A program made the translations under genes and the position numbers. Below the pieces are notes generated by a model. That model saw nothing but the letters and a program-made list of their open reading frames with translations. It was not told the origin of the DNA and searched no databases. This document shows, one piece after another, positions 8,974-20,431 of a stretch of DNA of 64,000 nt (position 1 is the first letter of the stretch; the number at the start of each line of letters is the position of its first letter). Source of the stretch: a virus. The stretch spans positions 27,776-91,775 of IMG/VR virus record IMGVR_UViG_3300037502_004185, one strand, 5' to 3'.

Positions 8974-9342
8974 GTGGATAACTCTGTGATGAAATTTACT
9001 CCCCCACCAAGTGCTGAACAGCAATTAGAAACTCAAGTTAACCAATTAAAACAACAATTTAAGCGCCGACAATTCCCGAAAAAGAACGCACCAGCGCTAC
9101 CGTTGGATTTGTTAGTAACAATCTCAGGTTGCACCTTTGGTTTGCATAGCCAAAAAGACGGTAGACTCGTTCTAAAGGCCGATAAGGCGATTAACTTTGA
9201 TAAGGGTGTCAATGTGTTGCGCTCAGTGTCGTATATTGCTGGCGCGCGAGATAGCGTATCTATCGCTGGTTGGGACTGGCGACCAACGCACTTCAAGAAA
9301 GATAAACTCTATTTGCGTCCTGTCGCGCCTAGTGATTTATAA
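8974..9342 (+). CDS. Hypothetical protein
   Basis: 122-aa ORF between the rep region and pro; convergent hairpin at 9354-9422. Confidence 0.55.
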   Translation: MDNSVMKFTPPPSAEQQLETQVNQLKQQFKRRQFPKKNAPALPLDLLVTISGCTFGLHSQKDGRLVLKADKAINFDKGVNVLRSVSYIAGARDSVSIAGWDWRPTHFKKDKLYLRPVAPSDL

Positions 9343-9433
9343 AATTCCGAATTGGCCACCAGCATTTTCGATTTATTTGAGTATTTTTTGTACTTAATTT
9401 CTAAGCGCTGGTGGCGCTTTTTAATTGATCAAC

Positions 9434-10387
9434 TTATTGGAATTTTCGTAATGAAGATCCGAAGTTGACGAATTGCTGTTTAATTTGAGGCGCAACACTC
9501 ACTTTTTGCTCTACTGGAACGTAGCTATTTGTCGGTAAAGTTGCCATTTTTCGGGAACCTAGCGACTCAAACATAGCTCGCACCACTTGATGATCTTCCT
9601 TGCTGGCCATGTTGGCGATCGCTTTGCGCTGCGCATCGGTCACATAGATAGGTAAAGAGTCCACAACATCAAGCAGCATCGAGGTTGCCTTAGCGTTTTG
9701 CTCTACCTTTTCACGCAACTCTGCGTTCACGCTTTCTAGGTACATAAGCTGGTTAGTAAGATCACCGACAAGCTCAACATTGCTCTGTTGAGTCATGTTC
9801 GCGTAGATATTACGCGCGGATTCCTCATCAAAACCTTGTTCCTGTAGCGATTCGAGGATCATTTGCTCGCTGTTCGCGCTTTCCATCATCATGGCCGGAT
9901 GGTCTAGGCTGATATAGTTCGGCTGCAATACGTAGTCCATACCGTGATATGAAGTAGTAATCGATGCCTCGCGTGTATCTTGGCCACCAGTCGCCCAGCT
10001 CCAACCACCAGCACGGCTATTGTACAAACCTAAAGCGATACGGCCTGTATCGGTATCTAAAAACTCTTGAGTGTGTTCAACAATACCGTCATCTGAACAG
10101 GTGATAGAGATTGTGCGGTTAGATGGCACGTTTTCTACCACAACCGGACGACCATTAATCATGATCACCTCAGTTTCACCAATTGAGAGCTTATTAGCGC
10201 GTTGGCGGGATTGATGGCCATAGTAACCATACGCCTCACCTAGTCGTAGTAGCTCTTGAGTTCGTGGGCTGTTGATCATCGCTTGCACGGCTTTGATGAT
10301 GTAGTTGCGCTTGTTGGCGCTAAGTTTTCGACCGTCATTGAATAGGCTGAAACGGTCGGATACTTGTTTAAGTGCTTTTGCTGTCAC
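9434..10387 (-). CDS. pro: Prohead processing protease (P1 Pro-like)
   Basis: LRLGEAYGYYGH, SRAGGWSWATGG and YISLDHP motifs as in P1 Pro; follows the portal gene. Confidence 0.88.
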   Translation of the reverse strand: MTAKALKQVSDRFSLFNDGRKLSANKRNYIIKAVQAMINSPRTQELLRLGEAYGYYGHQSRQRANKLSIGETEVIMINGRPVVVENVPSNRTISITCSDDGIVEHTQEFLDTDTGRIALGLYNSRAGGWSWATGGQDTREASITTSYHGMDYVLQPNYISLDHPAMMMESANSEQMILESLQEQGFDEESARNIYANMTQQSNVELVGDLTNQLMYLESVNAELREKVEQNAKATSMLLDVVDSLPIYVTDAQRKAIANMASKEDHQVVRAMFESLGSRKMATLPTNSYVPVEQKVSVAPQIKQQFVNFGSSLRKFQ

Positions 10388-10400
10388 TTTCTTTTCTCCA

Positions 10401-12074
10401 TTAATGGCTTTGGATTTCGGTTAGTAGGTCGAGAACTACGTCTCTAACGAATCGTTCCGCTTCGCTTTGGTCAGTCATGCCAATGGATTCCATCATCTTG
10501 TCGTTCTTGGCCACTTGAGCTGCGAGCTCAGAAATGACTTCATTGGCCAGCTCGGAGTCGAGGCCAACAACGGACGTGTAAAGATGGTTTTTGAGTTTCG
10601 AAGACTTGCTGATTGGGGATTGCTCGATAAGGTCAAGCACGGTAGTCAGCATGGTTGCGTAGTTCGCTTGCGACTCCATTGCTGCCGACTTCTCTTGCTC
10701 GATAGCAGTGTTGAGAGAGTTAAATCGGATCTCGAATGGCATATCGTTGTCATTCCACACCTTGCCGTCTCGGTAGATGGTGTGAATGTCGATAGCGCGC
10801 TTAACGAACGTCACCACGGCTGCGCGGATTTGGTTGGCGCGTAGTGCAGATTGAATCGAAGTGCGGAAGAAGCCGCCCTCGCCTAGCCCACCAGAAAGAA
10901 GATCACCAAACCCAAGCATTGATGGGTCTACGCCAAGCGTTCCGGCTAAGCGTTTAAGGTGAAACATAATGTCTTCGATGTGGGAGATATTTGGGTCAGT
11001 GGTAAAGGTATCAATCTGCAAGCCACCTTTAGCGCCACCCATAAAGGGCAATAGCGTGTTGATGACGGTTGGGATGAAACCTAGCTTGCGGGAACGGTCT
11101 ACCACCTCTTGACGATCTTGCTTCATCTGGTCAGCGACCATGTTGATGTATTCCGCAGCTCCCGCAGCATCTAAGCCGTCAGTGTTTACCGCTACCATGC
11201 GATCGATAAGTGAAGCATTCACACGACTTGCGCCTAGCGCTGCAATGGACTGGCGAAGCATCGACCAAGCCTCAAAACAGGTAAGCAGAATGGATGTGCC
11301 GTAGTTCTGCGTCTCGATTGGCATACGTGAATACGCATCGTCATAAAGTGAGTAGCGCTGGCCAGTGTAGTTAACTGGCGGCATATCCATATCTGGTCGC
11401 CAGATTGGCATCTTTAGTGGGATAAGCGCCCAAGGCTCGGCAAGACGTACCTGTTCGCCGTTCGCTCTGGTTTGTAGATATTCCGCAGTAAATCCAGCTA
11501 GCTCGCCCGAACGTTCGTACTCACGAATTTGGTTTGGCAACGTGTAGTAGTTGGCCTCAAAGTGAGTAATACCCACGCCCTCTTTCGTGTATGGGCGAAC
11601 ATAGTTAACCCCATAAACCAGCGTTGAATACGTCCAGTTCATTAGGTTTTCGTTGATTGGAGTTAGCAGCTCTCGGTTAAGACGGCCTACGTACTCGGCG
11701 TACTTCTCATCGGTTGGATGAAGATACACAGCCATGCCATTGTCGTTTGATACCGAAAGAGCGTGACCAAGGTGCAGATTGAGCGCGGCATCAATCGTGC
11801 TGTCCTCGGCCATTTCCTTGAGTATCGGATATAGCATGAAGCGATCTTTCGGCAGCTTGTGCAGAAAAAAGCGGTCTGAGCTTTTTCGACCGTCATTGGT
11901 CAGAGCGCCGTTGCTTTCATCTAATTGGTTTTCGCGATCGTGGAATGGCGATCCCGTGTATCCAGCGCCAGATTCAAAACTGATCCCGCTCTCTTTATCG
12001 TCATTCTCGTTAAAGAAAGGGAACGCTTGTTTTAAAGCTGTCGCTAGCCCAATTGATGCCTTGTTTTGCGACAT
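10401..12074 (-). CDS. prt: Portal protein (P1 Prt-like)
   Basis: 557 aa; GVDPSMLGFGDLLSGGLGEGGFFRTSIQ; darB-prt-pro synteny. Confidence 0.85.
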   Translation of the reverse strand: MSQNKASIGLATALKQAFPFFNENDDKESGISFESGAGYTGSPFHDRENQLDESNGALTNDGRKSSDRFFLHKLPKDRFMLYPILKEMAEDSTIDAALNLHLGHALSVSNDNGMAVYLHPTDEKYAEYVGRLNRELLTPINENLMNWTYSTLVYGVNYVRPYTKEGVGITHFEANYYTLPNQIREYERSGELAGFTAEYLQTRANGEQVRLAEPWALIPLKMPIWRPDMDMPPVNYTGQRYSLYDDAYSRMPIETQNYGTSILLTCFEAWSMLRQSIAALGASRVNASLIDRMVAVNTDGLDAAGAAEYINMVADQMKQDRQEVVDRSRKLGFIPTVINTLLPFMGGAKGGLQIDTFTTDPNISHIEDIMFHLKRLAGTLGVDPSMLGFGDLLSGGLGEGGFFRTSIQSALRANQIRAAVVTFVKRAIDIHTIYRDGKVWNDNDMPFEIRFNSLNTAIEQEKSAAMESQANYATMLTTVLDLIEQSPISKSSKLKNHLYTSVVGLDSELANEVISELAAQVAKNDKMMESIGMTDQSEAERFVRDVVLDLLTEIQSH

Positions 12075-12391
12075 GTGCGACCTCGGTTAGTTGAGGCGCT
12101 TTCTACAGGGATGGGGATGATCTTGGATGATAGCGCATCGCGTCAATGTGACCAATACGCTAATAAATGATTGATTTTCTATGCGTTAAATTTTTTTAGT
12201 CAAAGTTCAATTGCTTACCTTTGAATCTTGGTTACTCACCAAAAACACTAATTTTTATTCTTGATGACAACCTCTGTGTTCGGAATAATTCTCCCGTCCC
12301 TAAAAATCTACTTCCTTAGATATTTTAGATTATTCATTAACTTAAATTGATATTGATAGTGGCGTTTTTTTGGGATGGGGAATAGGAAAGG

Positions 12392-12425
12392 AAAAAGTCG
12401 GGCGAAAGCTCGACTTTTTTTTTGG
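12392..12425. terminator. Bidirectional terminator-like hairpin in the prt-darB intergenic region
   Basis: AAAAAGTCGGGC-GAAA-GCTCGACTTTTTT. Confidence 0.55.
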
Positions 12426-12455
12426 CTTTTATCCAAAGAATAAAAGGCACGTTCA

Positions 12456-15400
12456 ATGAACACTGATTTAACCCGCAGTATTGAACAGGCGACAACAATC
12501 GATGAACTGGTACGCCAGTTTGAAGCCTTGCTCGCTGTCGATATTAGCGACACTCCAAAAGGCCACCAGCGCCTTAAGGCTAACCAACTAGCCAAAGATA
12601 TTCTCGCCAAGTACAACGGCGACTACTCCAACGTTTCACCCGAAGATAAAGCAGCTCTGCGCGACTACACAGGTTTTGGCGGTATCGGTGGCTCCACCAA
12701 CGAATACTACACGCCTAAATGGCTGGCGAGCGCGACTTGGGATGCAGTTCGTTCCTATGGCTTTACTGGCGGCAGCGTACTTGAACCAAGTTCGGGCGTG
12801 GGCGTATTTAGCGAAACCAAACCTAAAGGCACCCTGACTACATCCGTAGAAATGGATCAGACCTCAGCGGCCATCAACCAAATTCTTCACCCCGAAGACC
12901 ATGTAATCCAATCAGCATTCGAAGCGGTAGCAACTAATCCTGGCATTGGTGACTTTGACCTAGTGATCGGCAACCCGCCTTATGGTGTTCGAGACGCTAG
13001 CGCGATGAAAGACAAAGCGTACAAAGACATTAAGTACGCTGATCAGTATTTCGTTTCTCGTTCTATCGATAAAGCGAAAGCTGGTGGCTTGATTGCCCTA
13101 GTGCTGCCAACTCGTATTTGTGATGCGAAAAACCTTGAGAAGTGGCGTACACAACTCGCACTTAAAGCGGAGTTTTTGGGCGCGCACCGACTACCAACGG
13201 GCACGTTCTCTGATACGGGCGTAGTGACTGACCTTGTTATCTGGCGCAAACACAGCGACCAAGCGAAAGCACTGATTGATAGTGCCGACCGTGACACGCT
13301 GATTGAATCTAACGTGCTTTGGGATACTTGGCTTAAAGGTAAGTGGTTCGAGCGCGAGGGTAAGAAATTCATCAACGGCGAACAGACTGTTGAGGGCGTA
13401 GGTAAGTTTGCGCGCAAAGTCGTGAAGCGTGGCAACCGTTCTAACGAGGATATTAAAGAGTCGCTAATGCGCCGCTTTGACAGTCGCATTGACTGGATGT
13501 TGCTCGATGAAGCGGTCAGCGAGCCAGTGAGCGCGAAATACTCCGAGGGCGACATGATTTTCCGCAATGGCCAGCAGTACGAAATGATTGATGGCGAATG
13601 GGAGTTATCTGAAAGCAACGCGCAAACAGGCGCTATCAGCAAGCCGACCTATGGCGTAGATAACACCGATGAGATCGGTTCTATCACCTACTCTACTGAA
13701 TCGATGCTTAAGCTATCGGCCAGCCAAGCGCTCAAGCTTTTCGAAGATTACGGTTACTTGTGTCATGACGACTTTAAAGCCCTAATGCGCGAGATAGCCA
13801 AGCTGCCAAAAGCGAGCCAAGAACACGCTTATAAAGGCATTCTACTTGGCATGAAAGTTCAAACACTTGCAACGCTGGTTGCTGGTGGCCGAACCACAGC
13901 CAATAGCGACTTGGCCAACATGGCAATGGGCGCGGAGGACTTCCAGACCGAACAATATCGCGTGAAGTTAAGCGGCGAAGTGTTAGAGCTGAACGCACTA
14001 ATGGGCGGCTCTAAGGTATCGAAGAAAGCGCTAAGCAACTTAAGCGAGAAGTACGTTTCTGCATGGAATTACTACCACTCATCGATCGATTCTAAGGGCA
14101 AACTGTCTGACCTACTCAAAGGCGACCTTAAGCGTGAGCTGACTGTTCAATACAGTTCGTCTCGCATTGGTGACGTGTTCCATCTATGCGACCGTGAACT
14201 AGGCATAACCACACTGACACTGCATGACGTTCGCACGTATTACACCGCAAGCGGTATCGATGCGATGAGCGATGAGCAGTTGCTTGATTACCTAGCGAAC
14301 ATGGATGAGGTAGCCGTAAACCCTGACGGCACGGTGACGGCATTCCATAAGGCGACGACTGGCCTAGTCGGCAAGCGCATGGATCAGCTGACCGCACAAT
14401 TAGTATCGGCCACCAGCGATACCGTGAAAGCTAACATCATGCGCCAAATCCAAGCCATCGAATCTAAGCGAAACAAGATCTCGATTGCCGATGTGAAGAT
14501 GAAGCTTACCGATAAGTGGATTCCTAAAAACATCATGCTTGAGTTCCTGCATGACCGTGGCTACACGGAATTTATCTTGGGCGACTTTACCGAGGATAAG
14601 GACGGCTTTGAGGATTTCGTACAAAGCGAATCCGGCCAATACCTCACTGGCTACCGTTGGCGTGATGGCGAATGGATTGATGGCCTAACTCGTAATGGCG
14701 TGAAAGGTAAAGCAGCGAACAGCGATGAGCGATTTGAGCGTCAAATTGAATCGTACATCAACTATGGTGCTGTTCGTGGCGGTAGTAAGAACGAAGATAA
14801 ATCACTTATCCGTGAACAAATGCGCCGCCTCGATGATGAGTTTTCTACATGGATTGCATCATCTGACCATTCAGAATACTTGGAACAGGTTTACAACAAT
14901 ACGTTTAACGGTTGGATTAAACCGGAGTTCGATGACACTCCATTATCGCTAGATGGCGTATCTGGTGCGATTGAGTTCCTACCTTACCAAAACTCAACCA
15001 TTCGCCGTCACAGTGCAGACGGTAACGGCATTATTGCCTTTGGTACTGGCTTGGGGAAAACGCTCACTGGCCTTGGCCTAGTGCAGTACAACCTAGAAAC
15101 CAAACGCGCAAACCGTGTGGCCATCGTTGTTCCTAAATCAGTGCTAGAAAACTGGTTCTATGAGTCCGACCTGTTCTTTGGTGAAAGCAATCTATCTGAC
15201 AAGGTATTTATCGGCCTTGAAGTTCACAAAGACGATGACGGAAAAATCATTCGGGAACCGGTATTAGATGAAACGGGCGAACCGAAGTTAGACAAGAAAG
15301 GCGATCCTATCTTGCGCGCCAAACTGACCGTAGACACAAACGGCAAGCGCGTAGCAGAACAGCTACACCAGCTTACACAGTCAACCGCTCGCATCGTGGT

Positions 15401-18400
15401 AATGACAAAAGACGTGTACAACCGCATTCCATTGAAGCCGGACACGATTTCGGCCAACGTGCTTGAAATGCGCGATGCTGGTTTGATTGCTGGTTCAAGC
15501 AAGCTAGTTAAGGAAGCGGAAAGCCACACAGAGCAAGCGAAGAACGCGCGCTTTGAAGCGAAATATGCTGACGATGGTACGGCCAAAAACGAAGAACTAC
15601 CGTACTTTGAGGACTTGCTATTCGACTCCGTTATGGTCGATGAGGCGCATGATTTCCGTAACTCGTACAAGGGCGGCTCATACCGAAACAACCTGGCATT
15701 CTTGCCTAGCCAAGCGCAAGCCGATCGCGCTATCGATATGCAGCTTAAGAACAACGTCATTAAGGCGCGCAATGACGGTCGAGGCGTTTACTTCCTAACA
15801 GCTACGCCAACCGTAAACAGCCCTGTTGATATGTTCAATATGCTGTCCCACATCATTCCGGCAGATACGTTTGCCAAGATGGGGATCTTTGACAGCGACG
15901 ACTTTATCCGCATGTTTGGTAAGACTGGCGAAGCGCTGGTTACTAAGATTTCGGGCGAAGTTGAACAGCGTGAAGCCCTACTCGGATTCCAAAACCTAGA
16001 CGCACTTCGAAACATCGTTAACCGCTACATGACGATCGAGGATGCTAAATCCGTTGGTGCCAACGTTCACATTCCTGACCTGATTAGCCAGCAAAGCGTT
16101 GTCCAAATGAATAGCGAACAGGAAGCGCTATATGAGGAACTACGCCAGCGCGCTGACGCAATCAGCAATCCAGACAAAGACGAAAACCAAGAGATTGTCG
16201 AGCAATACCCTAACGACACGGTTTTCGGCCTGATCCGCAAGATGGACAAGGTAAGTACAGACCTTGATTTGTACTATGAGCGTGTTACCTACCGATTCGC
16301 CAAGGACAGCAAGAAAGAGGTTGAGGCGGCAGTAGCCAAGCTACCAAATACCGTCACGGTCGCCTTTGAGGACGTGGCACCAGACGGCACGGTTAAGCTA
16401 AGCAAAATCCAAGTTAAGGTTGATAAGAGCGTTAAGGTTGAGGGCGATCACTGCGTGGTTCAGCTCCACCAGCAACTTGATGACAGATTCACAAAAATTT
16501 GTGACAAGGCCAAGTTGAAATTTACGCACCCTGTCTCTCCTAAGTACGCCAAGTTCCTTGAGAGCGCCCGCGAGATTTATCTGGCTGGCGGTAAGCAGCT
16601 TGTCTTTACCGAAGAAAAAACACAACACAAGAAAGTCGCGCGAATCATTGCGGATTTTGTTGGTTGTAAGCTGTCTGAAATCGGCATTTTGAACAGCGAT
16701 ACCGTTGCGGGTAAGAAAGGCTCTAAAGCGACTGAGGACGATGAGGAAGCGGGTTTGGAAGCAATGGCCAATGCTTACAACACCTCGAAATACAAATTCA
16801 TGATCCTCAATAAAAAAGGGGAAGTTGGCATCAACTTGCATCATGGCACAACCGATATTCACCACTTAACGCTACCTTGGACTCCAATGAGTATCACACA
16901 GCGTAATGGCCGTGGCGCGCGTGTTGGCTCTAAACAAAACAGCGTGAACGTTCACTACTACACGTCGAAAGGCTCATTCGATGATTTCCGCTTGGCCACA
17001 ATCCAACGCAAAGCCACTTGGATTGAGACAATGTTCAAAGGTGATGACAAGTACATTGCGAACGCCGATGCAGACGCAGCTGACGAAACTGCAATCATGC
17101 TGGCAGCGAATCCAGAAGAAGCGAAAGCCCGTATCGAAGCGGCTAAGCGTCAAGCTGAGCGCAAGCGAAAATTAGAGGAACGCCGACTAGCAAGTATCAA
17201 CGTTAGCAAGTACATCAAAGCCACCCAAATGCTTGCTTTGGATGTGAGTGCGGTTGAGGGCGAGCTGGCCGAACTACGCGAGAAGTTAGAGCCGCTACGC
17301 AAAGAGGTGGAAGAAGATCGCCTACGTGCAGAGGGCGAGAAGCGCGGCAGTTGGCAGCACAAAAACTACCAACGCACCAAGGGCAGACTGTTTGCCCTAG
17401 AAAGCCAAATCAAAACCTTTGAGGCAGCGATCAAAAACCGCGATAAGGCGAGCGACACCATTAAGAAACTGAAACCAGCAATGGAGCTGGCCATCAATGA
17501 CGGTGTGCTAAAAGACTACCCTGACTTCCTAACTCATCCAGAGTTATACATTGTTCGCAACGGTGTGATTGTTCGTAATGGCTACACCTACAAAGCCGAA
17601 GTTAAGAGCCGTTCTTGGAGCGCCGAGTACGACTCAAAAGCAACAATCATGATCACCAACTTCGACCGTAAATCTGGCACGGTGGACGGCTTTATTACTG
17701 AAATGGACGGCGAACCAGCGTCACGCAACTATGTCGATCTACCTGTTGAGCGCATCATTGAAATTGCGCCAGTGAATCAGGATAGAGCAGCACTAGAAGC
17801 AAAAGCGCTCCAAGGTGTACCACTAAGTGAAGTCGCTCATACGTTTGACCGTGAGACGTTCTTTGAACTGGTCGCAGAGAAGAAAATGAAAGCCTACGGT
17901 AATAGCCGCCGTTGTTTGGTGCGCAATGCTGACGGCTCATTCTCTACGCCGTGGGGATTGGATGTTGAACCAGACCAAACGCTGATTTATCCAGATGCGA
18001 GCGATAAAGCGACCGCGAAAGCCCTACTCGACCAAGTGACCAAGCAATTGGAAGATAAAGGTCGCGTGATGTTGGAACACGACATTCTAAGTTTCTTTAT
18101 CGGTAGCGATTGGGATAAACAGGCGATGGAAAACGGCAACCAAGTGAGCGAACAGGAAGTCGTTGAACTGGTGACACTTGAGATCAAAGCATTCGAGGAA
18201 AAATACCCTGAGCTTTATCAAGAGGCACTACTCAAAGCGGAGACGACTTACAAAACGTCTATCACGTTCCTCAAAGAGCTAGATAACCATCTAAGCAATT
18301 TGAAATGGACAGGTTACACCAACGCACACGAAGCGCGCCGCCTATCGGCTCGTGAGTACACTCGTTACACCGATATTCTGACCGAACGTTCGAGCGAATA

Positions 18401-19175
18401 CCGCACAGAGTTGGAAGATAAGCTATTCGCTGACTTCACTAAGCTGGTGGCCAACGACCCTGACCGTGCAAAACGCCTATCACAGATCGCGTACTGGATG
18501 ACGCAATACAAGCCAACGACCGATACTCACTTGCTGAAAAAGGTCGATGCGATTTACGGCGAAAACTCACAAGAAACCATGCTTAAGGTATGCGCTGACC
18601 TACACGCTATTGGCGAACGTGAGTTCCTATCCGGTGACGGCCTAATCTTCTCGGATGACTGGTCATTGAATCGCATGAAAGGTGCGTATGGTTCGCTATT
18701 CACTTACCGCAGCGCACAGCGTGAGGAATTTATCGAGAAGTACCTAAATGCGGATAAGTCGGAAAAGGCCGAGGTTAAAGTGACCGAAACGCAGAAAGTG
18801 AAAATCGATAATATCTCTGCCATTAACGTAGAGAGCATCGAGAAGTTTAGCGAACTAATGTCAGGCATTGGCATCGACGTTAAAATGGTGACTTCACCAA
18901 TTAGCTGGAAGCCTAAGCGCGGTCGCAACCGAAAAGAGATTGTTGTAGAGCCATACGAGCGCATTGGTTTGATGGACAACAACGGCCTTAAAGGTTCGCT
19001 TAAAGTGATGTTCGCTGGTGACAAGGAAGCCAAGGCCGAGTACGGCGCAGACTTCGCCTCGAACGCAAGCAGTGAGTTTAATGGCGGCTGGTGGTTTATC
19101 TCTGCTAAAGCGGATTTGGAATTGCTAGCGAAATCGCTATTAACCATTCACAACACAATGGCCGAAGCTGCCTAA
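12456..19175 (+). CDS. darB: DarB-like antirestriction protein (N6-adenine methyltransferase plus SF2 helicase)
   Basis: 2239 aa; VLEPSSGVG and GNPPYG methyltransferase motifs; GTGLGKT, DEAH, TATP and QRNGRGAR helicase motifs. Confidence 0.92.
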   Translation: MNTDLTRSIEQATTIDELVRQFEALLAVDISDTPKGHQRLKANQLAKDILAKYNGDYSNVSPEDKAALRDYTGFGGIGGSTNEYYTPKWLASATWDAVRSYGFTGGSVLEPSSGVGVFSETKPKGTLTTSVEMDQTSAAINQILHPEDHVIQSAFEAVATNPGIGDFDLVIGNPPYGVRDASAMKDKAYKDIKYADQYFVSRSIDKAKAGGLIALVLPTRICDAKNLEKWRTQLALKAEFLGAHRLPTGTFSDTGVVTDLVIWRKHSDQAKALIDSADRDTLIESNVLWDTWLKGKWFEREGKKFINGEQTVEGVGKFARKVVKRGNRSNEDIKESLMRRFDSRIDWMLLDEAVSEPVSAKYSEGDMIFRNGQQYEMIDGEWELSESNAQTGAISKPTYGVDNTDEIGSITYSTESMLKLSASQALKLFEDYGYLCHDDFKALMREIAKLPKASQEHAYKGILLGMKVQTLATLVAGGRTTANSDLANMAMGAEDFQTEQYRVKLSGEVLELNALMGGSKVSKKALSNLSEKYVSAWNYYHSSIDSKGKLSDLLKGDLKRELTVQYSSSRIGDVFHLCDRELGITTLTLHDVRTYYTASGIDAMSDEQLLDYLANMDEVAVNPDGTVTAFHKATTGLVGKRMDQLTAQLVSATSDTVKANIMRQIQAIESKRNKISIADVKMKLTDKWIPKNIMLEFLHDRGYTEFILGDFTEDKDGFEDFVQSESGQYLTGYRWRDGEWIDGLTRNGVKGKAANSDERFERQIESYINYGAVRGGSKNEDKSLIREQMRRLDDEFSTWIASSDHSEYLEQVYNNTFNGWIKPEFDDTPLSLDGVSGAIEFLPYQNSTIRRHSADGNGIIAFGTGLGKTLTGLGLVQYNLETKRANRVAIVVPKSVLENWFYESDLFFGESNLSDKVFIGLEVHKDDDGKIIREPVLDETGEPKLDKKGDPILRAKLTVDTNGKRVAEQLHQLTQSTARIVVMTKDVYNRIPLKPDTISANVLEMRDAGLIAGSSKLVKEAESHTEQAKNARFEAKYADDGTAKNEELPYFEDLLFDSVMVDEAHDFRNSYKGGSYRNNLAFLPSQAQADRAIDMQLKNNVIKARNDGRGVYFLTATPTVNSPVDMFNMLSHIIPADTFAKMGIFDSDDFIRMFGKTGEALVTKISGEVEQREALLGFQNLDALRNIVNRYMTIEDAKSVGANVHIPDLISQQSVVQMNSEQEALYEELRQRADAISNPDKDENQEIVEQYPNDTVFGLIRKMDKVSTDLDLYYERVTYRFAKDSKKEVEAAVAKLPNTVTVAFEDVAPDGTVKLSKIQVKVDKSVKVEGDHCVVQLHQQLDDRFTKICDKAKLKFTHPVSPKYAKFLESAREIYLAGGKQLVFTEEKTQHKKVARIIADFVGCKLSEIGILNSDTVAGKKGSKATEDDEEAGLEAMANAYNTSKYKFMILNKKGEVGINLHHGTTDIHHLTLPWTPMSITQRNGRGARVGSKQNSVNVHYYTSKGSFDDFRLATIQRKATWIETMFKGDDKYIANADADAADETAIMLAANPEEAKARIEAAKRQAERKRKLEERRLASINVSKYIKATQMLALDVSAVEGELAELREKLEPLRKEVEEDRLRAEGEKRGSWQHKNYQRTKGRLFALESQIKTFEAAIKNRDKASDTIKKLKPAMELAINDGVLKDYPDFLTHPELYIVRNGVIVRNGYTYKAEVKSRSWSAEYDSKATIMITNFDRKSGTVDGFITEMDGEPASRNYVDLPVERIIEIAPVNQDRAALEAKALQGVPLSEVAHTFDRETFFELVAEKKMKAYGNSRRCLVRNADGSFSTPWGLDVEPDQTLIYPDASDKATAKALLDQVTKQLEDKGRVMLEHDILSFFIGSDWDKQAMENGNQVSEQEVVELVTLEIKAFEEKYPELYQEALLKAETTYKTSITFLKELDNHLSNLKWTGYTNAHEARRLSAREYTRYTDILTERSSEYRTELEDKLFADFTKLVANDPDRAKRLSQIAYWMTQYKPTTDTHLLKKVDAIYGENSQETMLKVCADLHAIGEREFLSGDGLIFSDDWSLNRMKGAYGSLFTYRSAQREEFIEKYLNADKSEKAEVKVTETQKVKIDNISAINVESIEKFSELMSGIGIDVKMVTSPISWKPKRGRNRKEIVVEPYERIGLMDNNGLKGSLKVMFAGDKEAKAEYGADFASNASSEFNGGWWFISAKADLELLAKSLLTIHNTMAEAA

Positions 19176-19230
19176 CTCAAATTTTCGCATGCGATAAGTT
19201 TTCGCATGCGAAAACTTTTTGGAGACAAAA

Positions 19231-19656
19231 ATGATTACCCAAGTGAAATTGCCTACCGTTGAAGATCTACAGCCCCTACTCGATGAGGCATTAGAAACAG
19301 CGCAAAGCAAAGAAGCATTTATCCAAGCTCAAGTAGATGGCATTTACAAAACACTTAAAGCCAATCCGCTCATGTACCGTCACTATGGTGCTTATTGGTG
19401 GGCGGTTAAATCGCTTATGACTAAGCATGGTTATGACCTTGGCAGCGATTCAGAAGTGATCACAGAGCAACACTTCAATTTCGAAGACCCTGCGATTTTG
19501 TTGTGTGCTGCGTGGGCGTACCAGCAAGAGCAAGTTGATAAAGGCTACTGGCAAGCAAACCTACATACCTACTACGCCGATGATGAAGAATTTGAATATT
19601 CTATCGAGGACGTAAATCTCGAAGCGTGGAGTGTTAACAGTAAATCGATGCAGTAA
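19231..19656 (+). CDS. ulx: Ulx-like DarB packaging chaperone
   Basis: LKANPLMYRHYGAYWWAVK resembles P1 Ulx; directly after darB; GGAG RBS before ATG 19231. Confidence 0.8.
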   Translation: MITQVKLPTVEDLQPLLDEALETAQSKEAFIQAQVDGIYKTLKANPLMYRHYGAYWWAVKSLMTKHGYDLGSDSEVITEQHFNFEDPAILLCAAWAYQQEQVDKGYWQANLHTYYADDEEFEYSIEDVNLEAWSVNSKSMQ

Positions 19657-19685
19657 GTTTTCGCATGCGAAAACTTTTTCTCATA

Positions 19686-19714
19686 TACCCGTCATCTTTG
19701 GCGGGTATTTTTTT
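19686..19714 (+). terminator. Intrinsic terminator of darB-ulx
   Basis: ATACCCGTCA-TCTT-TGGCGGGTAT followed by a T-run. Confidence 0.7.
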
Positions 19715-20119
19715 GCATGGAATTTAGTGGAGAGTTTTCGCATGCGAAAACTTTTGAGATAGAAAAAATAAACCCCGCCACTGAAAAAATGGCGGGGATT
19801 GCACGTTGAATAGATAAGCTTTGATGCAATCAATCCTACCCCTAATAGTTTTGTTGCCGCCTATCTGTAATTTAATGTATATGAAATAATTTTCATATTC
19901 AACAGGTTTTTCAATCTTTTTTATTAAAAACAACGAGCTATGCAACTAAGTGCTTTTGTCATCTTATGCCTGTTGACGCAGCTCTTTGTACCCTAGTTAA
20001 GTAATAGAATTGTCAAAAAGTTTTCGCATGCGAAAACACATGGAATCAATCTCACAATTTATCTGATGTTCTCGCATGCGAAAACTTGTGCAATCGGTTC
20101 TGTTTGTTCACTTTTTCGC

Positions 20120-20172
20120 TTGTGCTGTTGCTTCTGGCAACGTATAGTGTAACCCCGTTGCCAGTGACAACA
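20120..20172 (+). promoter_or_regulatory. par operon promoter with two operator palindromes
   Basis: TTGTGC-17-TATAGT; TGTTGCTTCTGGCAACG in the spacer and its inverted near-copy CGTTGCCAGTGACAACA at 20156-20172. Confidence 0.6.
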
Positions 20173-20188
20173 ATTAAGAGGCGTTGAT

Positions 20189-20428
20189 ATGGCATCCAAG
20201 GAACGATGCGAAAGACTAATTCAATTAGTCGAGAAAGCAGGAAGTACCAGAAAAGCCAAGCTGCTTATTGATGGCGTTAAGGGAGTAAGCCCTTGTCACA
20301 CTGCCATCTACAAAGCCATGAATGGCGGCGGTACGACCGATTATGTGGTTCAGTGCTATATCGATGATCTTGAGACAGCACTGAGCAAACCAAAACAGCA
20401 AACAAATTCCACCAGCAAAGGAAATTAA
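20189..20428 (+). CDS. Small basic protein, probable par operon autorepressor
   Basis: 79 aa, GAGG RBS, first gene of the operon. Confidence 0.6.
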   Translation: MASKERCERLIQLVEKAGSTRKAKLLIDGVKGVSPCHTAIYKAMNGGGTTDYVVQCYIDDLETALSKPKQQTNSTSKGN

Positions 20429-20431
20429 TTA

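Noticed and set aside
12308-12616. 102-aa minus-strand ORF at the darB start
   Set aside because: Overlaps darB antisense and runs through a terminator and regulatory sequence.
19724-19945. 73-aa ORF between ulx and the par operon
   Set aside because: No clear RBS, and it crosses a hairpin and a parS copy.
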